From NCBI RefSeq assembly GCF_006345805.1, contig NC_042998.1:110918001-110982000 (forward strand): a stretch of DNA of 64,000 bases, written 5' to 3'. This DNA comes from Octopus sinensis (Eukaryota). Positions within the stretch are counted from its first letter, which is position 1, and every line of letters starts with the position of its first letter. Under the pieces are notes generated by a model that made no database searches, had not been told where the DNA came from, and saw only the letters and a program-made list of their open reading frames with translations. Below are positions 38,410 to 49,989 of this stretch, piece after piece. Both the position numbers and the translations under genes were made by a program.

Positions 38410-40200
38410 TTACAACAATATCGTCCAAGGAGGTAGCCTGCACTTGGAGATCTATGGTTTTCCAGAGTAACACTGCTACATTGCCTCACGCTTCCGATAG
38501 ACCACAAGATGAGAATACTTTGTAGTCTTCAAAAATGGATGCTACAGCATGTTTTCCGGAGATCCTTGTTTCATTAATGGCAGCTACATCTAAATCAGTG
38601 ACCTGAGATCATAGAACAAGTGTCCTTCCTTCCAAGCTGATCCGAAGCCACGCACATTCACACACCCCATTCTCAGGGCAGTCATGTTAATCAGATGAAA
38701 GAGGAAATTACTCAGCTTGATTTTTGAAAAGACCAGAAGTTCTAATCCTCTTTACTGGCGAAAAAATTTTTTAAAAGGCCCTTCCCACAGCCTTCTATCA
38801 ACTTATTTTTTTAAAATCCTCACACTACATGGGAATTTTTCTCTTATAGTTTTATAAACGTTTGACGACGTTTTGATCAAATGTCTGTTGTTGGGGATTT
38901 GGAAATGAAATCCTCCAATTCCTTTCCCTCTGTCTTTATTTTGTTTTTGTTTTGACTTACAAAATCCATCAATTCACTGTCGCACTTATTCACAGCAATG
39001 AATTTGATGGAGGCATTTTGTCTACAATCTTTTAAAAAATCCCCCTTTTTTTTAACGTTCTGTAATTGGTTGTTCCTGTATTTCTGTGATTCAGTGATTT
39101 CATGCTGTTGGGGATGTCGCTGTTTTGAAGTTGTTGTTCTTGTTCTTGATTTTGTTGGAGTGGTTGTGAATTGTGTTACAGTTATAGTTTCAGTATATGT
39201 TTATGTTGACTTCTTGAAGTAGGGCTATATATCTCCTCCTCTTTCGCCTCCCCCGTTTTGGCACTACTCTCCATTGACCGTTCCGCTCTTCTTTCTCTGT
39301 GTCATTGCAGCTGATATTGGTTTGGGAGGAAGGGCGTTCAGGAGAAGCTTGCTTTTCTGTGGCAACGGAGATAGACTCCTTCTTTGTCTTGGTTTGGGAG
39401 AGGATGTGTGCGTGGGTATGGTTGTAGGTTCAGGAGTCTTGAGCAATTGCTCATGATTTTGCGTTTGTGGTGTTTATAGTGTTGGCATGAGTGTGAGTTA
39501 AGGATTTTTTTTTATTTCAGAGTAGAAAGCCTTTAAGTGAGTTACAGTTCCACATATGTGACATCTTGGCTTTCTACCCTCCACTATCACGTGCGGGTGA
39601 GTACCATCCGGGAGATCAATTAGATCGGGCTTCTGGTCGATAAGGTCCTGCTTACATTGTAAGGCCAGTTCCATGCCAATACCTGATCAGTTTTGCTTAG
39701 GGTTAGGGTTAGTGTTAGGGTTAGGGTTGTCCAATATAGTCACTTAGTCTTCTAATCCTGCCAAGACGGCTGCCACTAACCAGGTGATGCGTATTTCTGG
39801 CTGCCCATTCAACACCCTAACTTTAGCAAGGTGTTGGCCGCGATAGCTGGGGACTAAGAAATTTTCATTCCTCAAAGTGTTCGCAGAATGACACCTGGCT
39901 TCTTCTTCCGTCACAAATCTTTTACCCCAATAGTTCCAAACTTCTTTCCTCGAGTGATGTGGGTCATCTGTTCCCACACGCGCCAAAGGTATTTTTGTAT
40001 TCTGCTCTCAGGAACATTTCCCGCCCAGTGTGATTTAATTCCGATGCAGCGGTGTGTCAATGCATCTCAAAATACTTCCTATCACGTCGGATGGAGAGTT
40101 TAGGGCTATCCTTCTCTCTTTCCCTGTAGCAATTTTTCTTTGCCATTTTTAAACCTTCTTCATCTATGCAGAAATTCTCCAAATTTCTCGCAGCAATCGC
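38410..40200 (-). mobile_element. L1/Tx1-like LINE 5' remnant (ORF1 with zinc knuckle; ORF2 endonuclease start)
   Basis: ORF1: FVTEEEARCHSANTLRNENFLVPSYRG..VRV..WLVAAVL and VIVEGRKPRCHICGTVTHLKAF (CCHC, last Cys mutated); ORF2: GCVNVRGFGS..DLRSLDLDVAAINETR. Confidence 0.75.
39697..39728 (+). repeat. (TTAGGG)5-like telomeric-type repeat
   Basis: ttaggg ttaggg ttagtg ttaggg ttaggg tt. Confidence 0.9.
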
Positions 40201-40749
40201 AAAAGAAATTGCAGCGGAGAGAGCTTTGGCGGCGCGGTAGAAGTGGAGATATTAGTGTTTCTAAGCTTCATTTCTTTAGTATCACTGTTGTCGTTGTTGT
40301 CGTCGTCGTTGTCGTCACTGCAGCTGTTGTTGTTGTCGTTGTTGTCATCGAAATGTTCACGTTGCTTGGAGACGAAACATTATTCGCCTCGGTGACGTCA
40401 TTAAGTGTAAGCCATTCTATATCTTTGTCCCCATTTTTTCCGACATGGAAAGCGTCTCGTTGTCGAACGTTATGATGGCTTCTTTATCAGCCACATGTAA
40501 ACAATCAAAGAAAATTGCCAAATATTTGCTTTTGCCAAAAGAAGTTAAAGTTTAAAAAATTATTGATGCACACAGAAATACTATCAGCGCAGCCCAGACA
40601 ATCTCAGAACTGCAATGGTAACAATAAAAATGAAAACATAGGGCTGTAGAAGACCGAAAAGATTACAGCCACTATTCCAACATAAGAGGCTTTAAATTTC
40701 CGTGACTTTATATTATGAAGGCTATAATAATAATAATAATCATGATAAC

Positions 40750-40957
40750 AATGGTTTCAAATTTTGTCACAAGTGCAGCAATTTTGGGAGAGATGAGTCG
40801 ATTACATCGACACCAGTGTTCAACTTAATTCATCGACTCCAGAAGGATGACAGGCAAAATCGACCTCGGTGGAATTTGAAATCAGAACGTAGCTACGGAA
40901 GAAATACCGCTAAGCATTTCGTCCAGCACGCTAACGATTCTGCCAGCTCACCGCCTT
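40750..40957 (-). mobile_element. Full-length tRNA-derived SINE (family 2)
   Basis: Minus strand aaggcggtgagctggcagaatcgttagcg...gatttcaaattccaccgaggtcgattttgcctgtcatcc; (ATT)n tail at 40722-40749. Confidence 0.88.
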
Positions 40958-40993
40958 AATAATAATGATGATGATTATATAATAATAACGATG

Positions 40994-41045
<52 letters not shown>

Positions 41046-41086
41046 CGACGACGACGACGATGACGATGATGATGATGATGATGATG

Positions 41087-41138
<52 letters not shown>
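40958..41138. repeat. Compound (AAT)n/(GAC)n/(GAT)n/(AAT)n microsatellite
   Basis: Directly visible. Confidence 0.97.
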
Positions 41139-41832
<694 letters not shown>

Positions 41833-41855
41833 TAATAATAATAATAATAATAAAT

Positions 41856-42612
41856 GCCCTGATAGAGTACCAGTGGCTCTCATGGCTTCTGATCTTAACT
41901 GATTGAGAGTGTTATCGTGTACATTGCTTTGTCTTGGTATAAAAGACGTGCTACAGCAAATATTCCGCTTAATAGAATAGATTTGCTTGTCAGCTGTTTG
42001 AAATTAACCAGTTGATCATATCCCTTAGTGGCTGAGGGTACGTGCATCTGTGATCACGAGATCACGAGCAGAAGTAATAGGAGTGCATCGTAGCTATGTG
42101 CTGAGAGGAATTCTTTGGGGATGAATAATTCACCCCTAGAAACTTGGGTATTTTATTCATCTTTAAACAAACCTTATTCAAGGACATTTTGAGCGGGATG
42201 GGCTACTCGACCTGAAGAAAATTCTAACAGAGCCCAACCTGCAAGCTCATGCGCTGTTTATCTTGATATGAGATTACCTATTTTTTATTACCCACAAGGG
42301 GCTAAACACAGAGGGGACAAACAAGGACAGACATAGGTATTAAGTCGATTACATCGACCCCAGTGCGTAACTGGTACTTAATTTATCGACCTCGAAAGGA
42401 TGAAAGGCAAGGTCGACCTCGGCAGAATTTGAACTTAGAACGCAGCGGCGGACGAAATATCGCAATGAGATTACCATGTCGCACACAGAAGGTTGTGATG
42501 CATGTGCCTAGCGTACCCTTATCATATCAGACGGGTAGTTATGATGGGTATATTGGGCTTCGTATATTTATATCCCAGTGTAACTTTTATGGCATGCACT
42601 GCTCTCTCACTC
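41856..42612 (+). mobile_element. Non-coding 'element B' flanked by (AAT)n on both sides
   Basis: No long ORF; homologous to 1209-1605; (AAT)n at 41733-41852 and 42613-42765. Confidence 0.8.
42279..42464 (-). mobile_element. 5'-truncated SINE (family 2) nested in element B, with 11-bp TSD
   Basis: atgagattacc at 42268-42278 and 42465-42475; the insert carries the family-2 central domain and tail gtctgtccttgtttgtcccctctgtgtttagcccc. Confidence 0.92.
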
Positions 42613-42670
<58 letters not shown>

Positions 42671-42766
42671 TAATAATAATAATAATAATGACAATGATAA
42701 TAATAATAATAATAATTTTAATAATAACAATAATAATAATAATTTTAATAATAATAATAACAATAT

Positions 42767-42974
42767 TCAGACAAATACATAACAAAAACACCAGGACTTA
42801 CAAACACATATAACATACAGAAAATTGCATTACTAGGCACTGCACACATCCTACGCAGAACACTTTCCATACAATAACCATCAGAGCATCACAACAAATC
42901 ACAGCACATACCCAAGGCACACAGAGCTGCGCTCGGTAGTGAAGTGAAAGCACGCTATAAAAATAAAACTACTG
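42767..42974 (+). mobile_element. Short 3' end of another R4/Dong-like subfamily inserted in (AAT)n
   Basis: SDKYITKTPGLTNTYNIQKIALLGTAHILRRTLSIQ* followed by a 3' UTR different from 41551-41732; (AAT)n on both sides. Confidence 0.85.
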
Positions 42975-43027
42975 AATAATAATAAATATTAATAATAAAT
43001 ATTAATAATAATATTAATAATAATAAT

Positions 43028-43092
<65 letters not shown>

Positions 43093-44030
43093 TAATGATT
43101 CTATAAATAAAAAGGCATTTTGAGTCGTCTCCTTTTGGTATACTATTATTGTTGAAGTTGTTATGGTTTTTTATTGTCGCCGTTATAATGGTTGTTATTG
43201 TTACTTTTAGGGCACTTTTAGTCAAATGTACTTCATCACATTCATAGATCTTTCGTATCCAAATTGCATCTGGTTTCAAAACGCCACGACGTGATTTCAG
43301 TTGCATTCTAAGTATTTATTTCAAATATATTCAGCATCTCGTGTATTTGTGTTATTGTGAGCCTACTGTTAGTATTGACAAAGGTGTTGCCATCAATAGT
43401 GCCATATATATGTATTCCCGGATACTACAGTTAATGTCAATTCTTTATTTCAAAAGGAATATTTATTAGTTATATGCGATGTGCTAATTTATACAGTTGT
43501 GCTGTGGTTTGCTTTTTTAATCCTCAGTTAAAAAGAAAAGATGAATACCATTCTTTTTTCATGTTACTAATTAGAGGCATGCAGATCATGGAAATGAAGT
43601 TAAAACGGTGTGATGCTTACGAACAATAGGTATATACTGTAATCCCATTGGCTTTAGAGATTTCTTTATATTACATTCTGTATACAGTTTGAATATCAAC
43701 AAGATCTGCCATGTAGCGAATAGCATCTTCAAATAATCTTTATTTTTTTGTAAAATGTAGTAGAATGAAAAAGAAAGTCTGGTAAATAGTTGAAATGGAG
43801 AGAAATATATAATGAGATGTATTTATTAGGACGAGAAAAAAACTGAAAGTCAAATGAGGAGGGAGACTGAGAGAGAAATTAAACGAAAGTGTGCATATAT
43901 GACTCCGTTTGATTTTATATAAATGTACGTGTGATGTAGCTACAATACACACAAACACACACATACACACGAACATAGATACGTACGTAAGCATGTGTTT
44001 TGTTATTATTTGATTTAAGGGCAAGTTATA

Positions 44031-44238
44031 TATTGGTTTCAAATTTCGGTAGTAAGTTCAGAAGACGGAGTAAGTCGATTATATCGAACCCAGTGCTCAG
44101 CTGGTACCTATCTTATCGGCTCCGGCAGGATGAAAGGTAAAGTCGATCCCGACGAAATTTGAACTCAGAAATACCGCTCAGAAATACTCAGAAAGTATTT
44201 TGCCTGACAAGCTAACGATTTTCCCAGCTCACCGTCTT
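44031..44238 (-). mobile_element. tRNA-derived SINE (family 2)
   Basis: Minus strand agacggtgagctgggaaaatcgttagc...gagttcaaatttcgtcgggatcgactttacctttcatcc. Confidence 0.8.
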
Positions 44239-44555
44239 TATGTTAAAGTACATATTAAAAATGCAATTTAGCATGGGGAAGAATTACTGTATATTTTATA
44301 GGAGAGTAATGTTTATTAAACATTTACAAGAAAAAGGTTGGTGATTTCGAGGCTTTGGGTTGCTCGCCTTCTTTAAACCGAGACATATATGTGTGTATGA
44401 GTGTTTGTATATGTTATAGCCTTCACCTAAACTTGACTAAGGGTGTGAATAACAACTACATTGCTAGTAATAGGATTGAAAATACACCATTGCTATTACA
44501 AAGCACATAACATATACTCATATAGGAGCTACAATACCGAACCGAGAATTCCTTA

Positions 44556-44600
44556 GACTGACGGTGAGTTTCGGCTTTTCGTAGCCATCTTCAGAAAGGC
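44556..44600 (-). ncRNA. Candidate type I hammerhead ribozyme
   Basis: Minus strand: uu-CUGAAGA-u-ggcu(acgaaa)agcc-GAAA-c(ucacc)GUC-ag. All core residues present; helix II 4 bp, helix III 2 bp, helix I only ~2 bp. Confidence 0.55.
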
Positions 44601-44897
44601 CAACTCGTTCGGTTAATTCCGGGCTACCTCGCCTCTTACAGTATGTATATTCACCATAAAAATCTATGGATGATTTAACAGATCGCTAATGTGTATATAA
44701 AAATTTAGAAAAACAGATGTTTGCAACATTATACTGCAAAGGAAAAGTACCGTCGTCAACCAAACTTGACTGCAATCGGCCCGAACACTGAACTGAGAAT
44801 TCTTTAGACTGACCAACCAATTTGAGTTTTTAGGGTGAAGAGAATCGAAAATGAAGTCATGTGATCATTCACAAAGTTCGAAATCACTGTGATATAA

Positions 44898-45118
44898 TCT
44901 CTTTTACTCTTTTAGTTGTTTCAATCATTTGACTGCGGCCATGCTGGAGCACCGCCTTTAGTCAACCAAATCGACCCCAGCACTTATTCTTTGTGAGCCT
45001 AGTACTTATTCTATCGATCTCTTTTGCCGAACCGCTAAGTTACGAGGACGTGAACACACTAGCATCAGTTGTCAAGCGATGTTGGGGGACAAACACAGAC
45101 ACACAAACGCACACACAC

Positions 45119-45157
<39 letters not shown>

Positions 45158-45334
45158 TAAATATATATGTATATATATACATAAATATATACGACGGGCT
45201 TCTTTCAGTTTCCGTCTAACAAATCCACTCACAAGTCTTTGGTCGACTCGAGGTTATAGTAAAAGACACTTGCCCAAAGTGCCACTAAGTGGAACTGAAC
45301 CCGAAACCATGTGGCTGGTAAGCAAGCTACTTAC
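44898..45334 (-). mobile_element. tRNA-derived SINE (family 1), first ~25 nt missing
   Basis: Same body and tail as 33076-33410; contains cttgggcaagtgtct-like central motif and an internal (CA)n/(TA)n. Confidence 0.9.
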
Positions 45335-45889
45335 AGTACGGGTTCTTAAAATTTTACAACCCGTTCCCTCGATTTCGCCCCTGTGTACAAGTGAAAACTG
45401 TGGTTTTGAAGCGTTTTGACTGCTTTCTTTAGTATGCTAGTACTATGAGTTGTACCCTTCATTATTAATTGCTAATTTTGCCTTTATGATTCTTTTTACG
45501 TATGCTAACCGCTGATATTATTGTAAATTATTAACAGTAATATCCTTATATACTTTTATAATTTTTATTCACTTCGATCATCTTTCTAAATTTGCTGCAG
45601 TATTAAAAATGATTATCGAGCACATGGACGAAGCGGGCATATTTTTTGCCCCTGGTCAGCATTACTCACTGACGAGCAGAGAGTGATCAATCACAAAGTT
45701 CGAAATCACTGTGATATGGGTATGTCTGATTTCCTTTTCAATCCTTCTCGTCTATGGCATGGGATTTTAAAATGTTACTGCCCGTTCCCTCGATTTCGCC
45801 CCTGTGTAGAAGTGAGAACTGTAGTTGTGAGTCGATTTGACTGCTATCTTCAGCATACTGGTGCTACAAGTAGTACCCTCTGCTATATA

Positions 45890-45996
45890 CGAGGGATGTA
45901 TGAAAATACTTGAGCCTCAAAAGCACAAAACATGTTACAAGATTTCTGATGAAGGTACAAGACTTCTAAGCTCAAAACGTTTCATACACCCCCTCA
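45890..45996. mobile_element. 107-bp mariner-type MITE
   Basis: TA-flanked imperfect TIRs cgagggatgtatgaaatacttgagc / gctcaaaacgtttcatacaccccctca. Confidence 0.7.
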
Positions 45997-46199
45997 TATA
46001 TATATATATATATATATAGGAAGGTAAAAACTGAAAAATTAAGAATAAAGGAACCCAAATTGTTAAGAGAAAGAACAGGAAATGATATCTTGCTGACTGG
46101 TTGTTAGCTACGTTACAATGATTCATTTTACATTTATTTCGAGCGTTTGCTACACTCACTCACAATATATTATGCCTTCATTCAACACGGTGGTGATTC

Positions 46200-46700
46200 A
46201 CTACTCTTACGTATTTGAAGCTCTGTGTAATCAGCTCTCAGCTTGTTTCGGAGGACTGCATTTTAATGCCTCAGTGCTTACTTTCAGATCACTTTTCCTT
46301 AGCCACCTTCAGGTGTTGGCCTTGTATTTCCCTTTCTTTTTTCCGAGGTATTGCCGAAACATCGCTCTCACTTGCATCACTGTTTAATCTTTGTTTCCAT
46401 ATTGTTCATTAAAAGCTTTTAGATGTCTCACATTTTCAGTAGTTTCCAAGCTGCTATTTCTAACAGCAACAGCCGACGTTTTATTGCTATTAGCAGTATT
46501 AGTATTTTCACTTTCTTTTATATCTTCCAAGTTTCTGCCTCCTCAAATGCTTTATGTAATCATCAAGTATTACTTCTACAAAACATTCTGCTTTCGACTT
46601 TCAGCCAAGTTACTTTAACACAAGACGTGCACTGCTTTCAACCTCACTATGAGCTTATGTGCACAATTCGAGCTTAATCATTACATTTTTAGAATCATTC
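46200..46700 (-). mobile_element. Degenerate R4/Dong-like fragment
   Basis: WLRKSDLKVSTEALKCSPPKQA (cf. WL....LK.ETEA.I.AAQEQA) and GGRNLEDI. Confidence 0.45.
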
Positions 46701-47603
46701 AAATGATGATTTTAAGACGATTTTTAATAAAATTGGAACTCATTGTTTCTATACCAGTTGTGTCATAAGGTACATTCTTGTAACTAATTAGTTGATGCAC
46801 TTACAAAGATCGATTTTAGAACTTCTTCAGTACAGTAGAATAGACTTTTGCATACTTTGTAAGAAAGAAAAAAAACAACATATGAGATAATTTCTTTAAT
46901 TGCTAAACGGGTTTTATTGTTGTGGGATATTTTCTTTGGGAGTACTCGTATATATGTATGTGCACATTTACACAGTGTATGTGTGTGGTGGTGGTGGTGG
47001 TGGTGGTGGTGCGTGTGTATGTATGTGCGTGTGTTTTGACTGTTTATGGTACTGTTTAGAATTTAATATATTTTTACACTTTAAATACTATAAACAAACT
47101 TAATTTCTCAAGCTGTGTGGAGACATTGTTCGCAAATTAGTATAAGTTCATGCCATATGAGATGCACTTTTCAGTTTGAATTAAACTTTAAGGGAATTAC
47201 TTTAAGAGAATTATGATTTTCATGATATTTTTTGAATCTCACAGTTGTAAATAAATAGACTTAAGTGAATTGGTTAGAAACAGCTCCGTCATCGAACTTG
47301 CGCTCACTGTTTCACCATACTAGCCGCTAAAAACAACAAAATCCATTTACCACCATACACAACGAATTTATAACAATTTTCTCATTCATATGATATGTCT
47401 TTTCCTAATCCTCACAATTCAGTCAGAACACATACACATATTCACTCAATAGTAAAAGAAGATAGCATTTTGATATTTTGCTTCCAAATTTTAAAATAGC
47501 TGCAAGCAATTTTTATCTATACAGTAATACAGGTGTACATTTACGTGCACAAAGGCATGCAAATTGTATATATGCATGTACTTACAGGTACATGTCTCTT
47601 GTG

Positions 47604-47604
<1 letters not shown>

Positions 47605-47696
<92 letters not shown>

Positions 47697-47777
47697 ATAT
47701 ATATATATAAATCTATATAACGAGAGAGATATATAGATAGATAGATACACATATATATAGATATGCAAACATACGTA

Positions 47778-47820
<43 letters not shown>

Positions 47821-47910
47821 GCATGTATATGAGTATATACTTATATATGTTCCATATATATATGTGTATATATACACACACACATATATATATATACGTA
47901 CATACATACA
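47605..47910. repeat. (TA)n-rich compound microsatellite
   Basis: Directly visible. Confidence 0.95.
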
Positions 47911-48214
47911 CGATGGTTGCTTTATCTTCACAGATGATAACCGTCCCATCAGCACACAGACCACACCCCATCACACAACACAATTCCTCCATTGATGACT
48001 TTTAAGACCAGCTGCTGACTGACTGGATTTAAAAGACAGGTGACAGATATTATTCAAGTTTCTTCTACATCTTTGCCCTTTGAAATTTGATTCTAAACGA
48101 ATGCTTTTGTGAACTAACATATATCTTTTAATCCAGATATTGTCTACTAAGTTTTGTGACATATGACAATAAGAGTTGTAAGAGGCGGTCAGGGTTCAAG
48201 ATTGTTACCTACCT

Positions 48215-49630
48215 GGGCATTTCTATTTCATGTGACTTCATATGACTCACGTATCCTGCTTTTGGCAACACAACACGATCACACATGATACATATCCAAT
48301 GTTCACTGTTGAGTTCAGTTCTAATTGTTCTTCTGCGACAGATCCTTTTAAACTGAGAGTGCTAAATCATCTTTTCCTCCTACGAATTCCAATCAGTCCT
48401 AAGAGTATCTCTCCACTTGCTCCGATCCAGATTTTCCTTCACACAATATTATAACTTTTCCTCGGCTTATGTCGTGGTCGCTTACCAGATTTCAGCTCAC
48501 CATAAGATGTCGTTTTGGCAATCGTTCATCTTTTTATTTTAATATCATGTGCAGCCCATTCCATTTTAGCCAAGATAACATGTTCAATTGAGATATAATG
48601 CGCCATGTGCAAAACTGTTGTATCTTGTATGAAACATTCCCACTTGTCTTTAAAGGTGTGTCTGAGGCACTTTTGAGAAAATCTCTCCAGCATATTCATA
48701 TGACGCCTGTAAGTAATCTGCGTCTCACTCGAATAAAGAAATGCGGTAAATACACGCGTTTTATAGACACTGATTTTTGTCTGCAGTGAAATATCTCTAT
48801 CCGACCATACTCTCTTTTCGTGCTTTCCATATGCAACACTTCCCTTCCCTATTCGATAGAATATCTATGCATCAAGACCACCATCTCTTGACAGAGTGCT
48901 TCCAAGGTAAACAAAGGTGTCAATGACTTCTAACCTTATCTCATTTACAAAAATGTTTGGTTCAGAATATGTTTGTTCTGGTGCAGGAGTAAATATTACC
49001 TTAGTTTTCCCAAGACTAATTGTGAGTCCAAAATGTGTACATGCAGTGGAAAATCTGTCCATTATATGTGGCATATCCCCCTGTGAGTGTGCCAATAAAC
49101 CAGCACCATCAGTCTCTTACAAGCGTTTTGAAAGTATTTGCTTTACAGTTAAACCGGGTCAGATTAAACATGCAATCAGATGTCCGAAATCTGATTCCGA
49201 TCGCCCTGTGGCAATCCTTGAAAGCATGCCAAAGCAATGCAGTAAAACAGAGAAAAGTGTAGGGGCAAAAATATCTCCCTGTTTGTCACGGCTGTCGACG
49301 AAAATTCACGAGATAACTCGTCATTAAAGACTACCTCAGCTTTCGTGTTTTTGTGTAGATGCTTACAAAATGTGTTGGGCAACCATGTTTACACAAAACA
49401 ATCCTTATTTACCGTGTCAAATGCCTTAGTTAAATCTATGAAGATCTGGTATTGTGGCATTTGTTCCTCTAAGCATTTCTCCTAAACCTCTCTCGCAGAA
49501 ATTATTTCCATTGTTCCTCGCTCAGGTCTAAAACTACTGTTCTTCGGGAATCACGTGTGGACACATATTCTCAACGAGACGATCTAACACGATTATTGAA
49601 AGCATCTTCCCGGGATGTCCCAAGAGAGTA
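48215..49630 (-). mobile_element. RTE (BovB-like) LINE 3' half
   Basis: FIDLTKAFDTVN; AHSQGDMPHIMDRFSTACTHFGLTISLGKTKV..FVYLGSTLS; DERLPKR..GKRPRHKPRK; terminal C2H2-like CDRVVLPKAGYVSHMKSH. Confidence 0.9.
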
Positions 49631-49989
49631 ATCCCTTTATTATGAACGCATTCGTTTTTTTGTCATCTTCGATCGCTTTGTTTGCATGAACGTATTCGTA
49701 TACGAAACGAATGTATAACCTATGAATTCTATAGAGAATCTATTGAGATACACCTAAAATGAAAATATCACACTGCTAACACAAAAAGTGCGGCACAATA
49801 GTTGACTTGTAAACCTTTAATATAATTGGTAATATACTATCTTTGCAAAACAAAATGCTGTGTCCTTGCTAGCAATTAACTAATACGTATATTGGAAAGA
49901 CCTATGGTAGGTCAGAATGACATACCAAATCGGCTTGCTACAGCTTGCTACAGTACGGACGAATTTGTAAGGAAGAATGAAACCAACGT

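Noticed and set aside
45946-45982. CTGATGA ... aaaacgtt hammerhead-like string
   Set aside because: No helix II or GAAA, and the second half is the MITE's right TIR.
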